DNA from: Candidatus Xenobia bacterium
Lineage (GTDB): Bacteria; Vulcanimicrobiota; Xenobia; Xenobiales; QWHO01
NCBI GenBank assembly: GCA_045863235.1
Contig: BTUM01000062.1
Span: 1 to 48,038 of the forward strand
Direction: 5' to 3'
Length of the DNA: 48,038 nucleotides
This document shows positions 1 through 9,459 of the stretch, piece after piece. Position numbers and translations under genes: made by a program. The notes beneath the pieces are model-generated. The model did no database searches, had not been told where the DNA came from, and saw only the letters and a program-made list of their open reading frames with translations. Each line of letters begins with the position of its first letter. The first letter of the stretch is position 1.

Positions 1-37
1 ACATGCACGACGAAATCGCTTTCGTTTCTACTATCCT

Positions 38-56
38 CTTCAGTTGTCAAAGAACG
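38..56 (-). promoter_or_regulatory. boxA-like antitermination element of a probable rRNA operon leader (operon lies beyond the left edge)
   Basis: Minus strand reads CGTTCTTTGACAACTGAAG, matching the rrn leader boxA (GTTCTTTGAAAACTGAA type), just downstream of a consensus promoter in non-coding DNA. Confidence 0.7.
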
Positions 57-64
57 CAAAAGCG

Positions 65-93
65 AATCTAGCAGACCCCGGAGGCCCTGTCAA
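65..93 (-). promoter_or_regulatory. sigma70-type promoter pointing out of the window (probable rRNA promoter)
   Basis: TTGACA (93-88), 17-bp spacer, TAGATT (70-65) on minus strand. Confidence 0.75.
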
Positions 94-132
94 GGCTTTT
101 GGGCCGAAGGATGCCGGCCCCCGGCGGCCGAA

Positions 133-807
133 GTGGCTCGGGCCGTGCTGAACTTCCTGAAGAAGAAGGATGAGGACGGGCCGGCCGTCCAGGTGCTGGG
201 CTATCAGAATCAGGTGGTGCGGGTGCTCTCCACCTCCCGCCTTTCGATGAACGCCGAGCTCACGCTCAAGCTGATCCTGCCCGATGGCAGCGCCATGCGG
301 GTAAGTGCCGTACTGCTCACGGAGGAGAACGCCCCCGGCCGGGGCGTGATTTACCAGGCCGAGCTGCAGGGTGGCCCCGAAGTGGGCGATACGCTCGTCA
401 AGCGCCTGCAAGCCCCTTCGCCCCAGGCCCAGACGTCGGCCGCGGGCGATCGCCGGCGCTGGCCCAGGGTCGAGCAGCAGGTTCAAGTGATTTCGCGGCA
501 GCTTCCTGGATTCGTGGCCATGGCCTCGGACCTGGGGGAGGGAGGCATGCGCTTGCGCTTGAGCGCTCCCGTGGTCGAGCGCACCCCGCTCCTCATCGCC
601 TTCGACGTGGACGACACCGCGCCGGCCCCGATCCAGGTGCAGGCTGAGTCGGTCTACTGTTTGGACAATCGCGACGGCTCCTTTTCGGTGGGAGTGCGCT
701 TCGTCGGGCTCCCTCCGGGCCAGGAGAACGCTGTGGAGAAGCTGCATCGCGCCCTGCAGCAGATGCGCAAGAAGCCCGGGAGCAAGGCCTACTCACTCGA
801 GCCATGA
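133..807 (+). CDS. PilZ domain protein (c-di-GMP receptor)
   Basis: RRRWPR (RxxxR) and DLGEGG (D/NxSxxG-like) motifs, C-terminal VGVRF strand. Confidence 0.8.
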   Translation: MARAVLNFLKKKDEDGPAVQVLGYQNQVVRVLSTSRLSMNAELTLKLILPDGSAMRVSAVLLTEENAPGRGVIYQAELQGGPEVGDTLVKRLQAPSPQAQTSAAGDRRRWPRVEQQVQVISRQLPGFVAMASDLGEGGMRLRLSAPVVERTPLLIAFDVDDTAPAPIQVQAESVYCLDNRDGSFSVGVRFVGLPPGQENAVEKLHRALQQMRKKPGSKAYSLEP

Positions 808-3800
808 GCCTGGCCTCCCGGCTCTCGCTGGTTTTCTTCTTTCTCTCCGGCATTACTGGCCTGGTCTATGAAGTGCTGTGGACCCGTCGCCTGACGCTGA
901 CCTTCGGTCACACGACCCTGGCCGTCAGCACTGTCCTGACGGCCTACATGATGGGCCTGGCGCTGGGCAGCGTGATGGGTGGCCGCTTCGCCGACAAGAA
1001 GTCGGCCGACCCCGCCTTCCGTCCCGGCCTGTTCTTGAGCCTCTACGGGGTGCTGGAGTTCTTCGTGGGCATCTGGGCCCTGCTCTCCCTGCCCCTGCTG
1101 GGTCTCGTCGAGAAGGGCTACCTGACCCTCTCGCACCAGGGCTGGAGCGGCCTGCCCCTTCACCTGGCCTGTTTTGTTGGCAGCGTGCTGGTGCTCTTGC
1201 CTCCCACGGTGGCCATGGGGGCCACTCTACCCGTCATGAGCCGTCTCCTGGTGCGCCAGAATCAGGAATTGGGCTCGCTTCTTGCTCGCATTTACGGTAT
1301 CAACACACTGGGAGCGTTTCTGGGGGCCGGCTTGGCGGGGTTCGTGCTGTTGCCCACCCTGGGTTTGCTGGTCTCGCTCTGCCTGGCGGCGGCCATCAAT
1401 CTGGGCATCGGTGTGGCGGCCTGGTTTGTCGGCCGACGCGAAAGCGCGCCCGAGCGCCCGGCTGAAGAGCTCTCCGTCGAGGCACCCGGGGCCCCCGGCC
1501 TGGGCTGGCTGCTGCCGGTTGCCTTCGGTCTGGCCGGCCTGACCTCCATGACCTACCAGATCGGCTGGACGCGTGGGCTAGCCCTCTCGCTCGGCTCCTC
1601 GGTCTACGCCTTCAGCGCGATTCTGACGACCTTTCTGGCCGGTCTGGGACTGGGCAGCCTGCTCTATCCGCGCCTGGCCCGGGGACGCCATCCGCGCCTG
1701 GAGCACCTGGCCTGGCTGCAGATCGGCGTGGGGCTGCTGGGAGCGGCCACCATCCCCATCCTGGGTCAGATGCCCCGCATCTTCTTTCACCTGGCCCCCA
1801 GCTTTGGCACGAGCTTCGGGGCGGTGCTCTCCACCGAGGTTGCTCTGTCGGCCCTGGTACTGGGAGGACCGACTTTCCTGATGGGCCTGGCCTTCCCCCT
1901 CACGAGTCACCTCTACACCCAGGACATGCGCCTGCTGGGCCGTTCCATCGGCGAGGTCTACGGGGCCAACACGATGGGCTGCATCGTGGGCTCGTTTTTG
2001 GCCGGCTTCGTGCTGCTCCCTACTCTGGGTACCCAGAACGCCCTCAAGCTGGCCGTGGTGGTCAATCTGCTGGTGGGTGCGCTGGTTCTGTTCGCTGCCC
2101 GGCGGGCACGCAGCCTGGGCACGGCCCTGGTGGTGGCCGGTCTTGTGCTGGTGGTGCTGCTGCCTCGCTGGGACCCGGGGGTCATGGCCAGCGGGGTCGT
2201 CCTGCAAGCCTTGCGCCATCAAGGCATGTCCGAAAGCGAGCTGCGTCGGACCCTCTATCGTCCCCCCGCCTTCTACAAAGATGGCCTCTCGTGCCTGGTC
2301 AGCGCCAACGTCTTCTCGGACGGCTGGCGCAGCTTTCTGGACATGCGTGTGAACGGGAAGGTGGACGCCAGCCTCGAGCAACTCGATCGCCAGACGATGT
2401 ATCTGACCGGCTACATCCCGGGCGTGCTGCACCAGGGCCCCGAGGACGTGGTCGTGATCGGGCTTGGTGGCGGCATGACCGTGGAGGCCCTGGCCAATCT
2501 TCCTGGCGTCAAGAGCATTGATTGCGCCGAGCTCGAGGGCACCGTGGTGGAGGTCAATCGGCTCTGGCAGGACTACAACGGCCACGTGCTCCAGGACCCG
2601 CGCGTGCGGATGGTCATCACCGATGGGCGCACCTACGTGCTGGGCTCGCCGCGCAAGTTCGACATCATCGCCAGTGAGCCGTCCAACGTCTGGATCGCGG
2701 GCGTGGCCAATCTTTTTACCCACGAGTTCTACCGCAGCTGCCAGGCCCACTTAAAACCCCGGGGGATCATGTGTCAGTGGCTGCAGGCCTACGGCCTCTC
2801 GCGCGAGTGCCTGGGTTACGTGCTGCACAGCTTCTTCGACGTGTTCCCCAACGGGATGGTGTGGCAGAGCAATTTTGGCGATCTGATCCTGATCGGGTCC
2901 AATGAGCCCGTGCAACTCGACCTCGAGCGGCTGCGCCAGCTCTACGACCAGAGCCCGGGCATGCAGCGCAACTTCTTTGCCATCGACCTGTTCCGCCCGG
3001 AGGAGATGATGGGGCACTTCGTGATGACCCGCGAACAGGCTCTGCAGATCTTCGGGCAGTCGCCCTTCAATACCGACGACCTGCCTTTGCTCGAGTTTCA
3101 CGCCCCCCTGCGCCTTTATGACAAGAGCAGCGAGGCGGCCAACTTCGAGCTGATGCGCCGCACCAACAACGGTGCCCTGCCACCCGGCGTGGCGGTGACC
3201 CCCGAGAACCTGCTGCTGGCGGCCCATGCCTGGCTCAACCTGGGAGATACGACCCGGGTGGGCGAGTTCCTCAAGATTTTTCCCAATGCGCTTTTGAAGG
3301 CTCGCTGGCTGGCCGCATCCAACGCGCCCGCCCCCGAGGTGCAGTCGGCTTTCCAGGCTGCCCAGGGGAACAGCGAACTGGGCGCAGGGGTGCCCCCCTG
3401 GCTGTACGCGCGCTGGCTTTTGATCAAGCGCGATTTCCGCGCGGCTCTGCCCTGGTTGGAGAAGGCCGCCCAGGACCCGCCCCCGGGCGGAAGGCTGGAG
3501 ATTTTGTACTGGCTGGGGGCCAGCCTCATGGGCACGGACCAGCCCGCGCGGGCCGCTCAGGTGTTCGAGCAGGCCGTTGAGCCACCCCTGGACAGCCGGG
3601 CCTTCACCGGCCTGGGCCGGGCTTTGCTGCGCCTGCGCCAGCTCGAGCCGGCCTTGACCGCTCTCAAGCAGGCCATCGACCGCAATCCGGCCGACATCGA
3701 AGCTTTCCTGGCCATGGGCGAAGCTTTGACGCTCCAGAAGCGTTATCGGGAGGCGGCCGAGGCCCTCCACCAGGCCTACAAGCTGATGCCTGACCACGCC

Positions 3801-4019
3801 GACTTGCTCGTGGCACTGGGGGTGCTGGCCCTGCATCAGGGTCAACTCGAGGAGGCCATCGGGCGGTTTCGGGCGGCGGCCGAGCTGCACCCGGCCCATC
3901 CGGTGGCCCGCAAAGCCCTGACCGAGCTGGGTCAGCCTCTGCCGGCTCTGCCGCCCGTCACTCGTAGCCCAGAGAGCGCAGCCAGTCCGGGCGCTCCCGC
4001 CAGTCCTCCTTCACCTTGA
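804..4019 (+). CDS. fused MFS-like membrane domain / spermidine synthase-like protein with C-terminal TPRs
   Basis: N-terminal multi-TM region (SGITGLVYEVLWTR, YGINTLGA repeats); SAM-binding IGLGGG, AELE, DGR, DIIASEP; TPR-like C-terminus; ATGA overlap with upstream gene. Confidence 0.85.
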   Translation: MSLASRLSLVFFFLSGITGLVYEVLWTRRLTLTFGHTTLAVSTVLTAYMMGLALGSVMGGRFADKKSADPAFRPGLFLSLYGVLEFFVGIWALLSLPLLGLVEKGYLTLSHQGWSGLPLHLACFVGSVLVLLPPTVAMGATLPVMSRLLVRQNQELGSLLARIYGINTLGAFLGAGLAGFVLLPTLGLLVSLCLAAAINLGIGVAAWFVGRRESAPERPAEELSVEAPGAPGLGWLLPVAFGLAGLTSMTYQIGWTRGLALSLGSSVYAFSAILTTFLAGLGLGSLLYPRLARGRHPRLEHLAWLQIGVGLLGAATIPILGQMPRIFFHLAPSFGTSFGAVLSTEVALSALVLGGPTFLMGLAFPLTSHLYTQDMRLLGRSIGEVYGANTMGCIVGSFLAGFVLLPTLGTQNALKLAVVVNLLVGALVLFAARRARSLGTALVVAGLVLVVLLPRWDPGVMASGVVLQALRHQGMSESELRRTLYRPPAFYKDGLSCLVSANVFSDGWRSFLDMRVNGKVDASLEQLDRQTMYLTGYIPGVLHQGPEDVVVIGLGGGMTVEALANLPGVKSIDCAELEGTVVEVNRLWQDYNGHVLQDPRVRMVITDGRTYVLGSPRKFDIIASEPSNVWIAGVANLFTHEFYRSCQAHLKPRGIMCQWLQAYGLSRECLGYVLHSFFDVFPNGMVWQSNFGDLILIGSNEPVQLDLERLRQLYDQSPGMQRNFFAIDLFRPEEMMGHFVMTREQALQIFGQSPFNTDDLPLLEFHAPLRLYDKSSEAANFELMRRTNNGALPPGVAVTPENLLLAAHAWLNLGDTTRVGEFLKIFPNALLKARWLAASNAPAPEVQSAFQAAQGNSELGAGVPPWLYARWLLIKRDFRAALPWLEKAAQDPPPGGRLEILYWLGASLMGTDQPARAAQVFEQAVEPPLDSRAFTGLGRALLRLRQLEPALTALKQAIDRNPADIEAFLAMGEALTLQKRYREAAEALHQAYKLMPDHADLLVALGVLALHQGQLEEAIGRFRAAAELHPAHPVARKALTELGQPLPALPPVTRSPESAASPGAPASPPSP

Positions 4020-4845
4020 CCCACAGCTCCAGGAACAGCTTGCTTCCCAGCAGCTGCTGCAGCTCCTCGCGCGCCTGCTGGCCGATCTTCTTGAGCAGCG
4101 CGCCGCCCTTGCCGATCACGATGCGCTTTTGTCCCTCGCGCTCGACGTAGAGGTTGGCAGCCACATACAGGGTATCGGGCTGGGCGCCGGGGCGCATCTC
4201 CTCCACCTGCACGGCCACGGCGTGGGGGATCTCCTGACGGGTGTTGAGCAACACCTTCTCGCGGATAACCTCCTCGATCAACAGGCGCTGGTTCTGGTCG
4301 GAGACCTGCTCGGGCGGATAGAAGGGCGGCCCCGGCTGAAGTCGCTTCACCACGGTCTGCAGGAGTCGGGGCAGGTTCTTGCCGGTGAGGGCCGACAGGC
4401 TCACGGCTTCCTCGAAGGGAGCCAGTTGAAGGTAAGCCTCCAGGGCTTCCTCCGGGCGTTTGGCTCGATCGAGCTTGTTGCCCACCAGCAGGCAGGGAGC
4501 CTTCGTCTTGCCCAGCAGGCTGACCGCCTCGCGGTCGGCCTCGGTGGGGGGGTGGGTGAGATCCACCAGGAACAGCACCAGGTCGGCGTCCCGGCTCTCA
4601 CTCTGGGCGGTGCCCACCATGCGCCGGCCCAGCTCGTGGCGGGCCTCCGAGAGCCCGGGGGTATCCACCAGCACCACCTGGTAGCCGGGTCGGTGGACCA
4701 CGCCCAGCACCCGGCGCCGGGTGGTCTGGGGTTGAGGCGAAGTGATGGCCACCTTGGTGCCCACCAGGGCGTTGAGGAGGGTGGATTTGCCCACGTTTGG
4801 CTTGCCCACCAGGGCCACGAAGCCGCTCTTGAAGTCGGCCTTCAC
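3958..4845 (-). CDS. era: GTPase Era
   Basis: GKPNVGKS, QTTR, DTPG, NKLD motifs; KH domain with VIGKGG; LWVKVKEDWR. Confidence 0.97.
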   Translation of the reverse strand: MKADFKSGFVALVGKPNVGKSTLLNALVGTKVAITSPQPQTTRRRVLGVVHRPGYQVVLVDTPGLSEARHELGRRMVGTAQSESRDADLVLFLVDLTHPPTEADREAVSLLGKTKAPCLLVGNKLDRAKRPEEALEAYLQLAPFEEAVSLSALTGKNLPRLLQTVVKRLQPGPPFYPPEQVSDQNQRLLIEEVIREKVLLNTRQEIPHAVAVQVEEMRPGAQPDTLYVAANLYVEREGQKRIVIGKGGALLKKIGQQAREELQQLLGSKLFLELWVKVKEDWRERPDWLRSLGYE

Positions 4846-5585
4846 GCCAGCTCCCGGTCGTAGACGGCGCGCGAGAGCCGGGCCAGGGCCAGGTCCACTT
4901 CCCAGGAAGGGCCGCCTCGTCGGGTCAGCAGGGCCAGCGAGTAGCGGCCGGCCACCACCCCGGCGTCATGGCGCACCCCTTCGAGCTCGCCCGTCTTGTG
5001 GGCGACCTCGGTGCCCTCCGGCAGCATGAGGGGGATCTTCTCGCGGTACTGCTGGCGCAACAAGATGGCCCGGGCCTCGGGATGGGCGTTGGCGGCCTCC
5101 AGGCAGAGGGCCGCGTCGCGGGCGCTCATCCAGTTGTCCCGCTCGCCCTGGGCCGGCTCCATGAAGCGCCGGCCCAGACGGCTGTGCGTCAGTCCCAGGG
5201 CCCGCATGCGAGCGTTGACCGCCTCGAAGCCCAGCCGGTCGAGGAGAGCGTTGGACGCGACGTTGTCCGAGACTACGATCATGAGCCGGCACAGGTCCAG
5301 CAACTTCAGCCGGGTCCCGTTGGAAAGCTCTTGCAGCACGCCCGCCCCCCCGACACGGTGGCGTTCCTGCAGCTCGAAGGGCTCCTCCAGGTCGATGCCG
5401 CTTTCAAAGAGCTCGAGCATGATGGGCACCTTGATCAGGCTGGCGGCCGGGAAGCGGACTTCTGCCTGAACTCCCCAGCAGGCTCCGTCCATCAGGTTGC
5501 GATAGAAGACGGCGGTGTCGGCGGGAACTGCCGCCACCAGCTGGGCCAGCTCAGTCGGTGGCGTCGCGCAGAAGGTCGATGACAT
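4842..5585 (-). CDS. class A beta-lactamase-like serine hydrolase (start uncertain)
   Basis: SxxK (ASLIK), SDN and HKTG motifs; no signal peptide; 4-bp overlap with era. Confidence 0.85.
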   Translation of the reverse strand: MSSTFCATPPTELAQLVAAVPADTAVFYRNLMDGACWGVQAEVRFPAASLIKVPIMLELFESGIDLEEPFELQERHRVGGAGVLQELSNGTRLKLLDLCRLMIVVSDNVASNALLDRLGFEAVNARMRALGLTHSRLGRRFMEPAQGERDNWMSARDAALCLEAANAHPEARAILLRQQYREKIPLMLPEGTEVAHKTGELEGVRHDAGVVAGRYSLALLTRRGGPSWEVDLALARLSRAVYDRELA

Positions 5586-6300
5586 AGTCGCCCAGCAGGC
5601 GCACCTGCGACGGCGTAACCGAACCGAAGCGGATGCTGGTCAGATAGCCTTCGCTCTCGTCTTGCTTGCGGGTCGAGATGATGGTCCCTTCCAGGTCGAG
5701 CGGCTTGAATCGCTTGTAAGGCCCGACCCGGAGTCGCAAGCTGGAGCCGGGCGCATAGGAGTTGGCCGATTGAACCAGCGCCCCTCCCACGCCCAGGTTG
5801 AGGATCGTGCCCGGGATGGTGGTTTGGCCGTCGCGCATTTCGCCAGTGATGGAGGCGGGGGCGCGGATCGCCTTGCGGCGCGTATAGATTGCGCGCTCGT
5901 CGAAGCCAAGCTCCTTGAGCAAGAACTTGACCCAGGAGCGACGCATGTTGCCGGGAGTGTCGGCATACTGAACGCCGACCTCCAGGTTGGGGCTCTTGGG
6001 CTTGCGTCGGCACCAGCGCACCTCGCACAGCACGTGCTCGTTGTCGAAACGATGCGAAGGCTTGGGGTGGTGCACGTAGAGCGAGGAGCCGCTGCGCAGG
6101 CGGTCGCGCATCTCCAGGCGCATCCCGTAGAGGCCGACGTCGATGACCCGGGCGGGCATGGTGCGATCGCCGACGATCGCGGTGACATCATAGCTGCACT
6201 TGAGCCGAATCAATCGACGCCGCTCCTCGGGCGTTTTGCCGCCTCGGCCCTGGAACAGGGCCATCAAGCCGCCGATCAGATCTTGTAGCGCGTTGAGCAT
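5551..6300 (-). CDS. tandem PilZ domain protein
   Basis: RRRLIR...DVGLYG and RRKAIR...NLGVGG, two PilZ units; ATG at 6300 with AGGTGG RBS. Confidence 0.8.
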   Translation of the reverse strand: MLNALQDLIGGLMALFQGRGGKTPEERRRLIRLKCSYDVTAIVGDRTMPARVIDVGLYGMRLEMRDRLRSGSSLYVHHPKPSHRFDNEHVLCEVRWCRRKPKSPNLEVGVQYADTPGNMRRSWVKFLLKELGFDERAIYTRRKAIRAPASITGEMRDGQTTIPGTILNLGVGGALVQSANSYAPGSSLRLRVGPYKRFKPLDLEGTIISTRKQDESEGYLTSIRFGSVTPSQVRLLGDYVIDLLRDATD

Positions 6301-6352
6301 GTTGCCACCTGCCGCCCGAGAGCACCTCGGGATCCCATCCTCCAAATTTTCT

Positions 6353-6781
6353 TCAAGAAACCTCGGGAAGGTCGGCTGCCCGAACTCCGGACACGACCTC
6401 AAAGTACAGGCGAGCCCGTTCTTCGCCTTCCAGAAGACCCACCACCGCGTAGCGCCCGGGGACGTCGAGCCTCAGGTCGAAATCGCCCGAGAACTGCCAG
6501 CGCTGCTCGCGTCCCGGGGTCAGCCCGGGCGGGCGTCCCACTTCGAATTCCGCTCCCAGCGACTCGAGCACCTGGCCATCTTCAGTGATGAACTCGATGG
6601 TGAATTCGTGAGTGATCTCGGTCTCGTGCCAGGGAACCCGAACCGAGGCGGCCACGGCACAATGTTGCTCAAGCGGGAAGCCAGCGTGCACCGTGAGTCG
6701 GTCCCAGCCGCCTCCCAGCAGGTAGAGCTTATTTCCGACGACCTCAGCGGCGTCGGCCAGGATCAGCCATTCAATTTCCAT
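6353..6781 (-). CDS. conserved hypothetical protein (DUF6941-like)
   Basis: N-terminal LILADAAEVVGNKLYLLGGGW pattern typical of this family. Confidence 0.65.
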   Translation of the reverse strand: MEIEWLILADAAEVVGNKLYLLGGGWDRLTVHAGFPLEQHCAVAASVRVPWHETEITHEFTIEFITEDGQVLESLGAEFEVGRPPGLTPGREQRWQFSGDFDLRLDVPGRYAVVGLLEGEERARLYFEVVSGVRAADLPEVS

Positions 6782-6917
6782 CGGTAGGCGGGCAGCCTTC
6801 GTCGCACTTTCAAGGATCCCCTGGCAGGGGAATCTTTTCTGGAGGGGGCCGGTTTCAGGGGGAGAAATCTTTCTGACGGGTCGCCCGCGATCCGTCAGAA
6901 ATGCATCGAGGTGTGGC

Positions 6918-7538
6918 TTGCGAAGAGTTCTGGCGCTCCTGCTCCTGGTTCTCGTCTCTCTCCCTGTTCTTGCGGAGACGCAGGAGGTTCAGCCGGGCGT
7001 GTTCGTCTCGGGGGTACCGACCGAGCAGTTCGTCCACTTTGCCGCTCCAGATGGGGGGGGGCGCCAGCAGCAATCGAATTGGTGCTGGGCGGCCTGCATC
7101 CAGATGGTGCTCAACTACCACGGGTTGTACGTTTCTCAGCAAGACATCGTGACCCGTGTGTACGGCCAGCTCGTGGACCGTCCCGCCCACCCACACCAGA
7201 TCCTCCAGGCCCTCAGTGGCTGGGCCCCCGACATGCGGGGCCGCTATTCGGCCGTCCACGCTGACGCCCAGAATATCAACGAGATGACCGTCATCGACGA
7301 CCTGCACAGGCGCTGGCCCTTGATCGTGGGTCTGCGCAGCCTGAATCCAGGCGAGCAGGGACACGCCTACGTGCTCACGGCCGTCTACTACCAGATGGAC
7401 GAATACGGCCAGCCCGAATTACTCGGCTTCATCTTGCGCGACCCTTTCCCCGGTCGTCCCAGTCGCGTCGAGATGGGCGCCGACGAGTTCCTGGCCCGGC
7501 TGAGCTTCGCGGCTCGAATTTACGTCGAGCGCATGTAA
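6918..7538 (+). CDS. secreted papain-like cysteine peptidase (C39/C70-like)
   Basis: Signal peptide, QQQSNWCWAAC catalytic Cys, GHAYVL His, RDP Asp; TTG start after GAGGTG. Confidence 0.8.
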   Translation: MRRVLALLLLVLVSLPVLAETQEVQPGVFVSGVPTEQFVHFAAPDGGGRQQQSNWCWAACIQMVLNYHGLYVSQQDIVTRVYGQLVDRPAHPHQILQALSGWAPDMRGRYSAVHADAQNINEMTVIDDLHRRWPLIVGLRSLNPGEQGHAYVLTAVYYQMDEYGQPELLGFILRDPFPGRPSRVEMGADEFLARLSFAARIYVERM

Positions 7539-7581
7539 TTTTTTTCAAGGACTCCTCTGCGAGGCGTCGAAATCAATCCTT

Positions 7582-8577
7582 ATGGATTATGATTCCCCTG
7601 CCGCCAACGCCCAGGACATCCTTCGCCGTAACTACTTCTGCGACGGTCACGCCGACACGCTTGCCATGGTGGCTCTGAAAGGCTACGACCTCGCCTCCCT
7701 GGAGCCGGACGGGCACCTGAGTCTTCCCCGTCTCGAGGGGATCGACCAGAACCTTCAATTTCTGGCCATCTTCGTGGCTCCCTCGGTGCGCGGCTCCCGT
7801 GGCTTCCTGGAGGCCTTGACGGTGGCCAGCGCGGCTCATCGCCTGAAGCTCCCGCTGGTCAGAAGCCGGGCCGATCTCGAGCGCTCGCGGCGTTCCTCCA
7901 GGCCCCATTTCCTGCTCTCGCTGGAAGGCGCCGGTCCGCTTCAGGGCGACCTGGGTCGGCTGGAGATCCTATTTCACCTGGGCCTGCGGGCCGTGGGCCT
8001 GACGCACAACCACGACAACCAGGCCGCCGCTGGCTGCGGCTCGCCCATGGCACCCCCTCCCACCGGATTTCGCGGCTTACGTCCCTTCGGGCGACGCCTG
8101 ATCGCTCGCATGAACGAGCTGGGCATGGTGGTGGACGTAGCCCACCTGGCGCGCAAGGCCTTCTATCAGGTGCTGGAGGTGGCCAGTCGGCCGGTGATCA
8201 ACAGCCACACCTGCTGCGCCCGCTTCGTAAACATCGAGCGCAACTTCGACGATTCCCAGCTGAGGGCTCTGGCCTCCACCGGAGGGCTGGCCGCGGTCAC
8301 CTACGTTCCGCGCTTTCTCAAGTCGGAGGGCCCGGTGACCAGTGAGGACGTGCTGCGCCACCTGGAGCACATGGTGGAGCTGATGGGTGTAGAGCACGTG
8401 GCCCTGGGCAGCGATTTTGACGGGGTGAGCGAATTGCCCACCGATCTCGGCCATCCCGGGCAGGTCGTCAACCTTGTGGAGAGAATGCTGCGGTCAGGCT
8501 GGCGTGAGCCAGACATCGCCCGGGTGCTGGGCGGAAACTGGCTGAGGGTTTTGCGCCAGGTTCTGCCTCAGGAGTAG
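7582..8577 (+). CDS. membrane dipeptidase family (M19)
   Basis: DGHAD, SLEG, THN, DVAH, NSH, RN, GSDFDG motifs. Confidence 0.9.
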   Translation: MDYDSPAANAQDILRRNYFCDGHADTLAMVALKGYDLASLEPDGHLSLPRLEGIDQNLQFLAIFVAPSVRGSRGFLEALTVASAAHRLKLPLVRSRADLERSRRSSRPHFLLSLEGAGPLQGDLGRLEILFHLGLRAVGLTHNHDNQAAAGCGSPMAPPPTGFRGLRPFGRRLIARMNELGMVVDVAHLARKAFYQVLEVASRPVINSHTCCARFVNIERNFDDSQLRALASTGGLAAVTYVPRFLKSEGPVTSEDVLRHLEHMVELMGVEHVALGSDFDGVSELPTDLGHPGQVVNLVERMLRSGWREPDIARVLGGNWLRVLRQVLPQE

Positions 8578-8578
8578 C

Positions 8579-9418
8579 ATGGACCCCAAGTCGGCCACTC
8601 ACATTCTCTATCACGCCCACTGCGACGACGGCTTCGGCGCCGCCTGGGCCGCCTGGCGCACATTGGGCGACCGGGCCGTTTACGTGCCGGTCAGTCACGG
8701 GGCGGCAGCCCCCGCGCTGCCCGCTTCGGCCCGCGTGGTGCTGGTCGACTTTTCCTACCCCCGGGCCGAGCTGCTGGCTCTGCGCGAGCGTTGCCAGGAC
8801 CTTTTCGTGGTTGACCACCACAAGACGGCCCAGCAAGAACTGGCCGGCCTGGACTATACGATTTTTGACATGGAGCGCTCGGGCGCTCACCTGGCCTGGG
8901 AATTCTTCCACCCCGGCGAGCCGCTTCCCGAGTTGCTGGCCTACGTGGAGGACAAGGACCTCTGGCGCTTTGCCCTGCCTCAGAGCAAAGAGGTCACTAT
9001 CGCCCTGCGCTCCTATCCGATGGACTTTCAGGTCTGGACGCGCTTGAGCGTCGACGAGCTGAAGCGCGAAGGCACTATTTTGCTGCGTCTGCAGGAGCAA
9101 CTGGTCAACGAGGCCTGCGCCCGGGCTCGCTGGTCGCAGGTCGGCGGACATCGCGTGCCGGTGGTCAATGCGACGGACTTTCGCTCCGAGATCGCCAATC
9201 GGCTGTGCGATCTGCACCCCTCCGCCCCCTTCGCGGCAGCCTACTACGATGATGAGCACGGCCTTCGCACCTGGTCGCTTCGGTCGGTGGCCGACTTCGA
9301 TGTCTCCGAGGTGGCCCGCAGGCTGGGTGGGGGGGGGCACAAGCACAGCGCCGGCTTTCAAGAGCCTGCCGCGCAGGATCCCTCTGGTTCCAGGAGTGCG
9401 TCCGGATCCCCCCCTTGA
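8579..9418 (+). CDS. DHH/DHHA1 phosphoesterase
   Basis: CDDG, VDF, DHH and GGGHKHSAGF motifs. Confidence 0.9.
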   Translation: MDPKSATHILYHAHCDDGFGAAWAAWRTLGDRAVYVPVSHGAAAPALPASARVVLVDFSYPRAELLALRERCQDLFVVDHHKTAQQELAGLDYTIFDMERSGAHLAWEFFHPGEPLPELLAYVEDKDLWRFALPQSKEVTIALRSYPMDFQVWTRLSVDELKREGTILLRLQEQLVNEACARARWSQVGGHRVPVVNATDFRSEIANRLCDLHPSAPFAAAYYDDEHGLRTWSLRSVADFDVSEVARRLGGGGHKHSAGFQEPAAQDPSGSRSASGSPP

Positions 9419-9429
9419 GCCGGGCGACT

Positions 9430-9459
9430 GTTCAGAATTCGAACGCGCGGCGCCTTAGC
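9430..9459 (+). repeat. partial copy of the intergenic repeat found at 21745-21854
   Basis: 9430-9450 matches 21767-21787 at 19/21; 9442-9459 matches 21837-21854 at 17/18. Confidence 0.55.

Noticed and set aside
4842..5585. Antibiotic-resistance beta-lactamase call
   Set aside because: No signal peptide and no clear Glu166-type omega loop; only the fold is supported
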